In this document: positions 50,017 to 57,008 of the stretch, piece by piece | How the letters are laid out: each line of letters starts with the position of its first letter | Position numbering within the stretch: the stretch's first letter is position 1 | IMG/VR virus record: IMGVR_UViG_3300042691_027609 | Source: a virus | DNA: 64,000 nt | Direction: 5' to 3' (one strand) | Notes under the pieces: model-generated | Seen by the model: only the letters and a program-made list of their open reading frames with translations | Told to the model about the DNA's origin: nothing | Databases searched by the model: none | Program-made: the position numbers and the translations under genes

Positions 50017-50887
50017 AGCAACAGACCAATCCAACTTGGATTTGGCAAATGGCAAAGATCTGCAATACTATTTGGATCTCACCAAAGATTACAAACACGA
50101 TTTCACTTTTACCATCAAAGACATCGATGGATTCAAAGTAGTAGATGACGGAGAATTTGAATTTGGAAGCAAAGCAAAAATGGCAGATTTCTTTATATCG
50201 CAAGTGAAAGAAGACGCATTGGTTTATGTAGCACCGAGAACGGGATACGCTCCATTTTCTCTGTGTTATTTGGCAAAGAAGTACAACAAGAAATTGTATC
50301 TCGTCATGCCCGCCTCAAAAGAGGCATCGCAGCACCAATTGACCGCTATCGAGTACGGAGCGATTCCGTTATTTGTTAGGATTCCTGCAATGCCTACCGC
50401 AAACATTTGGGCAAAACAATTCGCCGAAAAGGTAGGCGCAAAGTATTTGCCTTTCGGTCTCAAACACGAAATGGTGGTAGCAGGTGGAGTAAGGATATTC
50501 TATGATAATTTTAAAGATATGAATATTCCTGAGATATGGACGGTATTTTCTACAGGGGTGCTGTCCCGGACGCTACAGATCGCGCTGCCTGACACAACCT
50601 TTAATGCTGTAGCAGTAGCAAGAAACATTCAGCCGGGTGAGCTCGGAAGAGCTCGATTTTACAGTCATGCAAAGAAGTTTACAGATAACAGCGAAATCGT
50701 ACCGCCTTTTGATTGTATACGCACTTACGACGCGAAAGGTTGGGAATTTATTAAAAAATTCGGTAAACAAGGAGATTGGTTTTGGAATGTGGCTCGAAAT
50801 ATGCCAACACCGACAATTAAAGCAAAAGACGTAGATTCTCAAAGGGAGTGGGGAGACAAGAAAGATTTTGACAGATATTCCAAATAA
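50003..50887 (+). CDS. PLP-dependent fold-type II enzyme (putative DNA-modification enzyme)
   Basis: GSKAK (candidate Schiff-base Lys), STGVL phosphate loop and YDAK; sits in the nucleotide cluster. Confidence 0.65.
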   Translation: MFLNKATDQSNLDLANGKDLQYYLDLTKDYKHDFTFTIKDIDGFKVVDDGEFEFGSKAKMADFFISQVKEDALVYVAPRTGYAPFSLCYLAKKYNKKLYLVMPASKEASQHQLTAIEYGAIPLFVRIPAMPTANIWAKQFAEKVGAKYLPFGLKHEMVVAGGVRIFYDNFKDMNIPEIWTVFSTGVLSRTLQIALPDTTFNAVAVARNIQPGELGRARFYSHAKKFTDNSEIVPPFDCIRTYDAKGWEFIKKFGKQGDWFWNVARNMPTPTIKAKDVDSQREWGDKKDFDRYSK

Positions 50888-50904
50888 AAGATTTATATTA
50901 CATC

Positions 50905-51216
50905 ATGAAAAGTATATTACAACAAGCACACGACATCGTATTCGAAAGAAACGAAGAAAAAGAACGCATGTATGGACCATTTGAAGAAGGCATGGAACAA
51001 GCAGCAAGAATCGCATCTGAGCTCTCCAGAAAAGAGATTACAGCTTTCGATATGTACAATTGCATGATTGCGCTAAAGCTATCCAGAGCTTCATGGAATT
51101 ATAAAGAAGACAATTATCTTGATGCTGTAGCATACATGGCATCTCTAAACCAATACCAAAAAACAAAACAACAAGATGTTAATCAAGAAAGTAAAGGACG
51201 TAAAAACACCAAGTAG
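50905..51216 (+). CDS. DUF6378-like helical protein
   Basis: IL..A..IV..R...YG..M.ALKLSR..DN..D..AY pattern. Confidence 0.75.
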   Translation: MKSILQQAHDIVFERNEEKERMYGPFEEGMEQAARIASELSRKEITAFDMYNCMIALKLSRASWNYKEDNYLDAVAYMASLNQYQKTKQQDVNQESKGRKNTK

Positions 51217-51607
51217 AGGCACTAGCAAAAGTGCTGGCATAGATTTTTTCACTCCAAATGATATGGAGAGAATTTCATTAGCTCCCAATGAATCAGCTCT
51301 AATTCCATCAGGCATCAAAGCACAAGTACCTCAAGGCCACGCATTTATTGCATTCAACAAATCAGGAGTAGCTACGAAAAAGGGATTAGTAGTTGGAGCT
51401 TGCGTAGTAGACGAAGATTACGAGGGCGAAATTCATATCCACGTTATAAATACATCAAGAGGATTTGTAGAAATTTTACCCGGCGAAAAACTTACACAAT
51501 TTATTTTAATACCAGTAAATTATCAAAATGTCCAACAAGTTGAATCATTCCCTGAGCGACACTCTGAAAGAGGAGCTGGCGGATTTGGAAGCACAGGCAT
51601 TAGCTAA
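51176..51607 (+). CDS. dut: Trimeric dUTPase
   Basis: SAGID, KSG, VDEDYEGE, Q and RGAGGFGSTG motifs. Confidence 0.93.
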   Translation: MLIKKVKDVKTPSRGTSKSAGIDFFTPNDMERISLAPNESALIPSGIKAQVPQGHAFIAFNKSGVATKKGLVVGACVVDEDYEGEIHIHVINTSRGFVEILPGEKLTQFILIPVNYQNVQQVESFPERHSERGAGGFGSTGIS

Positions 51608-52013
51608 AAGAAAAAAACTAGATACAGTTTTTATAAACATCGCTAAAGAAGTGTCTAAACTTTCTCACTGCAAAAGATCTCAAGTGGGAGCTGTGATAGA
51701 ATTATCGGGAAATATAGTATCATTTGGTTTTAATGGTACTCCCAAAGGTATGGATAATTGTTGCGAAGACCACAATAATACAACTTTTCCATATGTAATC
51801 CATGCCGAATCAAACGCGATAATAAAAGCGGCAAAATCAGGCACTTCAATGAAAGGTGGTACATTGTATTTAACTCTTTCACCGTGCTTAGATTGCTGTA
51901 AACTTATTTTGCAATCGGAAATAAATAGGGTTGTATATTTAGAAGACTACAGAGATGATACTGGAGTTAAATTTTTAAAAAAATTTATAAAAGTTCAAAA
52001 ATATGAATACTAG
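51528..52013 (+). CDS. dCMP deaminase
   Basis: GFNG, HAESNA and SPCLDC motifs; exact start uncertain because it overlaps the dUTPase gene. Confidence 0.92.
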   Translation: MSNKLNHSLSDTLKEELADLEAQALAKRKKLDTVFINIAKEVSKLSHCKRSQVGAVIELSGNIVSFGFNGTPKGMDNCCEDHNNTTFPYVIHAESNAIIKAAKSGTSMKGGTLYLTLSPCLDCCKLILQSEINRVVYLEDYRDDTGVKFLKKFIKVQKYEY

Positions 52014-52665
52014 TATACACGGTAAAGAATATGCAAATGCTACTTCTGCGTTTGAGAGTCTTTTCACTAACATTCTCCATACTGGAGAAGATTACGCATG
52101 TACAAAAGCTGCATTCAACGTTTCTTTTGTTTTGCAAAACCCTATCGATAAAGTAGTAACAACCACACAAAGAAAGTTCAAACAAGACTATGCGGAATAC
52201 GAGTGGGAATGGTACATTAAAGGCGATAGAGACGCTAAAGAAATATCTGAAAGAGCCAAGATCTGGAAACAAATGATGATACCTGGCACTACTGAAGTCA
52301 ATAGTAATTACGGGTATTTTTGGAATTACAACAACCAATTATTAAGAGTTATTGATGAGTTAAAAACAAATAAACAAACACGTAGAGCTATTCTGGTACA
52401 CTATTTGCTACATGAATTAGACCGATACAAATATGATACTCCATGTAACGATGTACTTAACTTTTATATCAAAGACGATAAATTGAATATGACAGTTTTT
52501 GCAAGAAGTATAGATCTTGTATACGGTTTCTGTAATGATCAATACACTTTTGCAAAACTCATGGAATACGTTTCAGAAAAGACTGGTTATGAAATAGGTC
52601 AAATGCATTGGTTCGTAACTAATTTGCATATATATCAAAGACATTTTGATTTAATGAAAAAATAA
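52003..52665 (+). CDS. Thymidylate synthase-fold enzyme, dCMP hydroxymethylase-like
   Basis: NYG, TRRA, TPC, RSIDLVYGFCND and LHIY motifs; Asp at the position of ThyA Asn177. Confidence 0.8.
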   Translation: MNTSIHGKEYANATSAFESLFTNILHTGEDYACTKAAFNVSFVLQNPIDKVVTTTQRKFKQDYAEYEWEWYIKGDRDAKEISERAKIWKQMMIPGTTEVNSNYGYFWNYNNQLLRVIDELKTNKQTRRAILVHYLLHELDRYKYDTPCNDVLNFYIKDDKLNMTVFARSIDLVYGFCNDQYTFAKLMEYVSEKTGYEIGQMHWFVTNLHIYQRHFDLMKK

Positions 52666-52667
52666 TT

Positions 52668-53120
52668 ATGGAAGTTAAATTAAATAGAAGTTTTTTGGAA
52701 GAGCAGTTGAGCAGACTACCGAAAAACAAATATAACTGCTATCAGTGGTGGCGTCGTTATCAAACTAGAGATGTACTTCCAAAAAAAGCTCCATTATATA
52801 ATAAAATAGTTAATGGAGATTACGATCCATCAACATATTTGTATCAATCTAAAATGGAATTATATTTATTAGAAGATAAACTACAAGGGGTAAAGTATTC
52901 CGATGAAGCTCACGACATTAGAAGCCTATTCATGGAAAGACACCGCAGACTTATCCATGACTACGAAAAAGAAGAGAAGCAAATAATGCAAAATCTTATC
53001 GGTGATTTCTCAAAAACTTTTAAGTTAGATAAAAAACAACTTGAAACTTTTATGGAAACGTATGATGGTACGCTACTTGAAATGTATAATCATTTTAAAC
53101 AACAAACCAAAAAAATATAA
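52668..53120 (+). CDS. Hypothetical protein
   Basis: Clean 150-aa ORF coupled to the upstream gene. Confidence 0.65.
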   Translation: MEVKLNRSFLEEQLSRLPKNKYNCYQWWRRYQTRDVLPKKAPLYNKIVNGDYDPSTYLYQSKMELYLLEDKLQGVKYSDEAHDIRSLFMERHRRLIHDYEKEEKQIMQNLIGDFSKTFKLDKKQLETFMETYDGTLLEMYNHFKQQTKKI

Positions 53121-53189
53121 GCAAAGGTTTTGAAACAATTTATTATATTTAACTATAAAACAAAACAAAACAAAAAAAGGAAAAAGAAA

Positions 53190-53387
53190 ATGAAAAAGTT
53201 CATCGCAATCGCCGCTGTAGCGATTTCTCTTACAGCATGCAATTCTGGTACTACTGAACCATGTACAGACTGTGCTACTGATTCTACAAAAGTTGATACA
53301 ACAGTTGTTGCTGACACTGTAAAAGTTGACACTATCGATAAAGAAAATGTCGATTTGGGTCCCGTGGATACTATTAAGGGCAAGTAA
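53190..53387 (+). CDS. Small lipoprotein
   Basis: MKKFIAIAAVAISLTA-C lipobox followed by D(S/T)-rich repeats. Confidence 0.8.
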   Translation: MKKFIAIAAVAISLTACNSGTTEPCTDCATDSTKVDTTVVADTVKVDTIDKENVDLGPVDTIKGK

Positions 53388-53394
53388 TCATTAT

Positions 53395-53513
53395 ACAGCA
53401 GTGGCGGAAGCGATACAAACCGGTTATGATCGCCACGAATTAGACGCGTACCACGTAATGGTGGTAGGGATAAGAGTAATCTACCCGTGAAGGTGCAAAT
53501 CCTTCCTGCTGTA
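53395..53513 (+). ncRNA. Atypical tRNA-like RNA with a D-loop insertion
   Basis: Acceptor ACAGCAG/CTGCTGT+A; GCGGAA...AGACGC D-arm ends; long variable arm; T-arm GAAGG-TGCAAAT-CCTTC. Confidence 0.6.
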
Positions 53514-53531
53514 CTTTTTAAAAAATAAGTT

Positions 53532-53954
53532 ATGAAACAAATTAAACCTATCGCACAAATTCTGGCTTTATTAGCTATGTGCTATTTGCTTTGGTCGATT
53601 CACTCTATAAAACGGGATGTGAAACAAATCAAAGAAGTTTATATGGATACGGTAAAAGTAACCATGTATACCACAGATCCAAAACAAACAGACTCTTCTC
53701 CGTATACAACAGCCAGTGGATTTCGACTCGATAAAAAAAATCCTAAAAAACACCGTATTATTGCCGTAAGCCGAGACATTAAAGCTAAACTCAAATTTGG
53801 AGATCACGTAAAAATTCTTGGCGCTGGTAAATATAGCGGAGTCTACGCTGTTGAAGATGTAATGAATAAAAGATTTAAAAATAGAATAGATATTCTAATA
53901 AATCCAAAAGATAGACCTACGTCTTTTGATAGCATTAGAATAGTGTATCTATGA
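53532..53954 (+). CDS. 3D (Asp-Asp-Asp) domain protein, membrane-anchored
   Basis: TASG..IIAVSRD..FGD..VEDVM..RIDIL motif. Confidence 0.85.
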   Translation: MKQIKPIAQILALLAMCYLLWSIHSIKRDVKQIKEVYMDTVKVTMYTTDPKQTDSSPYTTASGFRLDKKNPKKHRIIAVSRDIKAKLKFGDHVKILGAGKYSGVYAVEDVMNKRFKNRIDILINPKDRPTSFDSIRIVYL

Positions 53955-53963
53955 AGATTACAT

Positions 53964-54037
53964 TGACCCTTAGCTCAGTTGGTTAGAGCAACAGACTCAT
54001 AATCTGTGGGTGCACGGTTCGATCCCGTGAGGGTCAA
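53964..54037 (+). tRNA. tRNA-Ile2 or Met (CAT)
   Basis: TGACCCT/AGGGTCA acceptor; TAGCTCAGTTGGTTAGAGC; CT-CAT-AA loop; resembles the lysidine-type Ile2. Confidence 0.9.
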
Positions 54038-54055
54038 CAACATAACATCAATATT

Positions 54056-54325
54056 ATGATTATAGCATTATCAGTTGCGCTTGTCTTTATGTTTTTTGTT
54101 CTACTTGGAGCTCTTGCTCACATTGGAAAGTTACAAAAACAACTCATAGATATAGATAAAGAGCAGCACACTCAGAATACAGATATTATAGATCTCATTA
54201 AGTTTAAAGGAGAAGCAACTCAAATGTTGTTACAACATATCGAAATACTACAATACTTGGTAGATAAAGACGATTTGTTAGGCAAGAAAAAGATATATTA
54301 CAAAGGTCCTATGGGAGAAGCGTAG
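54056..54325 (+). CDS. Membrane-anchored hypothetical protein
   Basis: N-terminal transmembrane helix followed by a coiled coil. Confidence 0.65.
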   Translation: MIIALSVALVFMFFVLLGALAHIGKLQKQLIDIDKEQHTQNTDIIDLIKFKGEATQMLLQHIEILQYLVDKDDLLGKKKIYYKGPMGEA

Positions 54326-54331
54326 AAACTT

Positions 54332-54403
54332 GGTTCCGTAGTTCAATGGATAGAACGGGTGACTTCTAATCTCCAAATACAAGTTCGATTCTTGTCGGAA
54401 CTA
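54332..54403 (+). tRNA. tRNA-Arg (TCT)
   Basis: GGTTCCG/CGGAACT acceptor; CT-TCT-AA loop; TTCGATT T-loop. Confidence 0.9.
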
Positions 54404-54496
54404 CAAACGAATTAGCGACTGTAGCCGAGGATCCAGCGCTATGGCTTCAGGTCATAGTATCGGTATAGTCCTTTGGTGACTAAAAAGACTGGAAAT

Positions 54497-54578
54497 GCCC
54501 CGATGGTGGAATTGGTAGACACATAGGTCTTAGGAACCTACGTCGAAAGACATGAGAGTTCGAGTCTCTCTTGGGGCA
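54497..54578 (+). tRNA. tRNA-Leu (TAG)
   Basis: GCCCCGA/TTGGGGC acceptor; TAGGT-CTTAGGA-ACCTA anticodon arm; long variable arm. Confidence 0.93.
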
Positions 54579-54580
54579 CA

Positions 54581-54710
54581 AAGGTTGAACGGGGAATGAA
54601 GGTAAGACAGATACCTGATGGTGGGCGGGCTATATCTTCGGAGTTGAAACTATCAGAGTAATGCCGTTCGTAAAAGCAGTTGTCCACGCAACCATCTTCT
54701 GCTTTCCTAT
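54581..54710 (+). ncRNA. Candidate structured ncRNA
   Basis: GC-richer non-coding stretch with nested stems GAACGG/CCGTTC, CTGATGGT/ACTATCAG and AAAGCAG/CTGCTTT. Confidence 0.5.
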
Positions 54711-54777
54711 TTTTAAAAATAATAAACACTAAATATTTTTTTCTTACGTGTCTATATATTTATAATAAATTAGATAC

Positions 54778-55227
54778 ATGAGAAAAATAAATAGAAATGA
54801 ATTTATTAAAGTTTGTGAGAGTAGTTTATCTATGGCAGAGGCTAGTGTAAAGTTGGATTTACATTTTAACACATTTAAAAGATATGCTGTTAAATTTGGA
54901 TGCTATAATCCAAATGCGAGTGGTAAAGGGATGAAAAAACGCGGGAAACCAAAAGTAGATTTGAAAAACATACTTTCTGGGAATCACCCAGAATTTCAAA
55001 CTTTTAAACTAAAAAATAGATTACTCAAAGGCGGTTTAATAGAAAATATTTGTAAAGTGTGTAGTATATCCGAATGGAATGGCAAACAACTTAATATGGA
55101 GTTAGATCATATTGACGGAGATAGAACGAATCATAAATTTGAAAATTTAAGAATGTTATGTCCTAATTGTCATGCACAAACTGAAACATACCGTTCAAAA
55201 AACCGGAAAAATACTCAGGTGTCGTAA
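54778..55227 (+). CDS. HNH endonuclease (free-standing, homing type)
   Basis: CKVC..ELDHIDG..N...NLRMLCPNCH motif; N-terminal HTH-like region. Confidence 0.92.
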   Translation: MRKINRNEFIKVCESSLSMAEASVKLDLHFNTFKRYAVKFGCYNPNASGKGMKKRGKPKVDLKNILSGNHPEFQTFKLKNRLLKGGLIENICKVCSISEWNGKQLNMELDHIDGDRTNHKFENLRMLCPNCHAQTETYRSKNRKNTQVS

Positions 55228-55298
55228 CCGGTAGCCGAGAAGGTCTTAAAAACCTTTGAGCTGTAAAGCTCGTGTGGGTTCAAGTCCCATCCTGAGTA
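55213..55298 (+). tRNA. tRNA-Leu (TAA)
   Basis: ACTCAGG/CCTGAGT acceptor; AAGGT-CTTAAAA-ACCTT anticodon arm; long variable arm; TTCAAGT T-loop. Confidence 0.88.
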
Positions 55299-55336
55299 CA
55301 TAACTGCTGCTCTTTGACATAAAGGAGAAATTAAAC

Positions 55337-55657
55337 ATGACAACACAATTAGCATTTGCTTTTGGCGTGCTTATGATGATTGCTATCATTATGTTGGTAA
55401 CGATTGTTGTAGGTATGGTGAAGGTAATCAAATTAGAAAAACAACTCAAAGAGTTCGACAGAGCTGCTTCGAAGGAGACTGAGTTCCTACATAGGCACAT
55501 GACTGATGTAGAGCGAGCAATTTATTCGGAAATAAACGAAACAAGAAATAGGTTTGATAGGTATACTGAAGATTTCAGAAGAGAGTTAATGGCTTACACA
55601 GATTCACGAGTAGATAAATCACTTGGAGCAAAAGAAAAACAAATACTTAAATCATAA
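55337..55657 (+). CDS. Membrane-anchored coiled-coil hypothetical protein
   Basis: N-terminal transmembrane helix; flanked by an 18-bp inverted repeat. Confidence 0.7.
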   Translation: MTTQLAFAFGVLMMIAIIMLVTIVVGMVKVIKLEKQLKEFDRAASKETEFLHRHMTDVERAIYSEINETRNRFDRYTEDFRRELMAYTDSRVDKSLGAKEKQILKS

Positions 55658-55720
55658 AAAAAAATAGTTGAAGAGCAGTAGTTATATTTATATAAATAAA
55701 ACAGAAGAGTCAATCATACA

Positions 55721-55810
55721 ATGAACAATGACGCGCACGGCAACCAGGAAAGTGTGCACGCGGAACTGGCAATGCAAACGATGTTGATGGAATACCTTCG
55801 GCGTGGGTAA
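55721..55810 (+). CDS. Possible 29-aa peptide inside a structured RNA
   Basis: MNNDAHGNQESVHAELAMQTMLMEYLRRG*, downstream of ATATTTAT and inside a 12-bp closing stem. Confidence 0.35.
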   Translation: MNNDAHGNQESVHAELAMQTMLMEYLRRG

Positions 55811-55855
55811 GCTTCAAATTCCATTATTGACTCTTTTTTAAGTTCTTTAAAATAT

Positions 55856-56219
55856 GGGGATGACAGGTTTTGACAGCAGAGCGGTCGGTAGGTAAACATG
55901 CAGAGGTATGGTTCTAATCCTCTATAATATCTGGACAAACCAATAAATGACAACGTAGAACTTTCTACTTGGACCTTCGAAGACGCTATGGCGTTTGTCG
56001 GAGCTGATTACGCTGTAGCAGCCTAATCAACCGGGGCCGGTGCACACACGCCTTGCAACAGAAGTGCTTTAAAGATTTCCTGGTTAGATTAAATCAGGTG
56101 GTGGAGCGTTCTAACGCGAGTTAGTTCCCTAATACGGTGCAGCACAAGCAGTACTAAGCATGTGAGACGTTTTACTTGCAGATCTTTTGTTGGACCCGGC
56201 TTCGATGCCGGCATCTCCA
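55856..56219 (+). ncRNA. ssrA: tmRNA
   Basis: GGGGATG/CATCTCC-A acceptor with a G3.U70 pair; T-arm CCGGC-TTCGAT-GCCGG; internal tag ORF 55949-56026 ending YAVAA*. Confidence 0.93.
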
Positions 56220-56225
56220 CAACAT

Positions 56226-56297
56226 TGCGGCGTAGAGCAGAGGTAGCTCACTAGGCTCATAACCTAGGGGTCATTGGTTCGATTCCAATCGCCGCTA
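56226..56297 (+). tRNA. tRNA-Met (CAT), initiator-like
   Basis: T1/T72 mismatch over GCGGCG/CGCCGC; CTAGG-CTCATAA-CCTAG anticodon arm. Confidence 0.88.
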
Positions 56298-56339
56298 CTA
56301 AAATAGGTTATATATTTTTTCACAAAAACAAACACAAAC

Positions 56340-56864
56340 ATGAAAAAAACAATCATGATGTTAGTGGCTATCATGACATTAGCCGCGCTAACAGCAACCG
56401 CTCAAAAATCAACAAAGTATTTGATCGGTTCGGTTTCTTACACAAAAACAAAGGGTAGCGATGCTGAATACAGTATCAACCCAAAAGTCGGATATTATCT
56501 GACTAACAAGACATCTGCTGGCGTATTCGGAGGCGTTGGAGAATCAGCTGACGGTACAACAACGACTATCGGAGCATTCGGCAGGAATGATTTTATTAAA
56601 TTTGGAAAAAATTGCATCGTATTCGCTGAGGCTTCCTTGGCAAGTACAACTGCTAAAGCCGCAGGTGTAAAAGTATCTCAATTTGACGCAAATCTAGGCT
56701 TGGGAGCAAACTACAACCTTAATGCAAAATGGGCTCTTACAATGAATTTGGCCAACGTGTTTAATTATTCTAGTTCAGAAGGCACATCAACCACTTCATT
56801 TGCATTTGGCGGAGTTAACAATCCATTCGCGACTGCAAATTTTGGAGTATTTTACATGTTCTAA
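56340..56864 (+). CDS. Outer-membrane beta-barrel protein
   Basis: Signal peptide ending ATA-Q; alternating amphipathic strands; C-terminal Phe. Confidence 0.82.
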   Translation: MKKTIMMLVAIMTLAALTATAQKSTKYLIGSVSYTKTKGSDAEYSINPKVGYYLTNKTSAGVFGGVGESADGTTTTIGAFGRNDFIKFGKNCIVFAEASLASTTAKAAGVKVSQFDANLGLGANYNLNAKWALTMNLANVFNYSSSEGTSTTSFAFGGVNNPFATANFGVFYMF

Positions 56865-56908
56865 ATTTGTAAGTACGATTTATTATAGTAGTGATACTAA
56901 ACATTTAA

Positions 56909-56937
56909 AGGGCGATCTCAACGATCGCCTTTTTTTT
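56909..56937 (+). terminator. Intrinsic terminator
   Basis: AGGGCGATC-TCAAC-GATCGCCTT followed by a T run. Confidence 0.85.
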
Positions 56938-57008
56938 ATATTTATAGTAGAATAAAATGTTGTGTAATTAAGTTTTCGTTGTAGTACAAACTTAAAATAT
57001 AACACGAC

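Noticed and set aside
54439-54457. TCA anticodon-like loop suggesting a tRNA-Sec or opal suppressor
   Set aside because: No D-arm, T-arm or cloverleaf surrounds it, and TGA serves as a normal stop (e.g. 9027, 18489, 53954).
45735-55684. ORF-flanking inverted repeats as transposon or MITE ends
   Set aside because: No transposase or target-site duplication was seen, the repeats differ from each other, and G.U-compatible mismatches favour RNA pairing.
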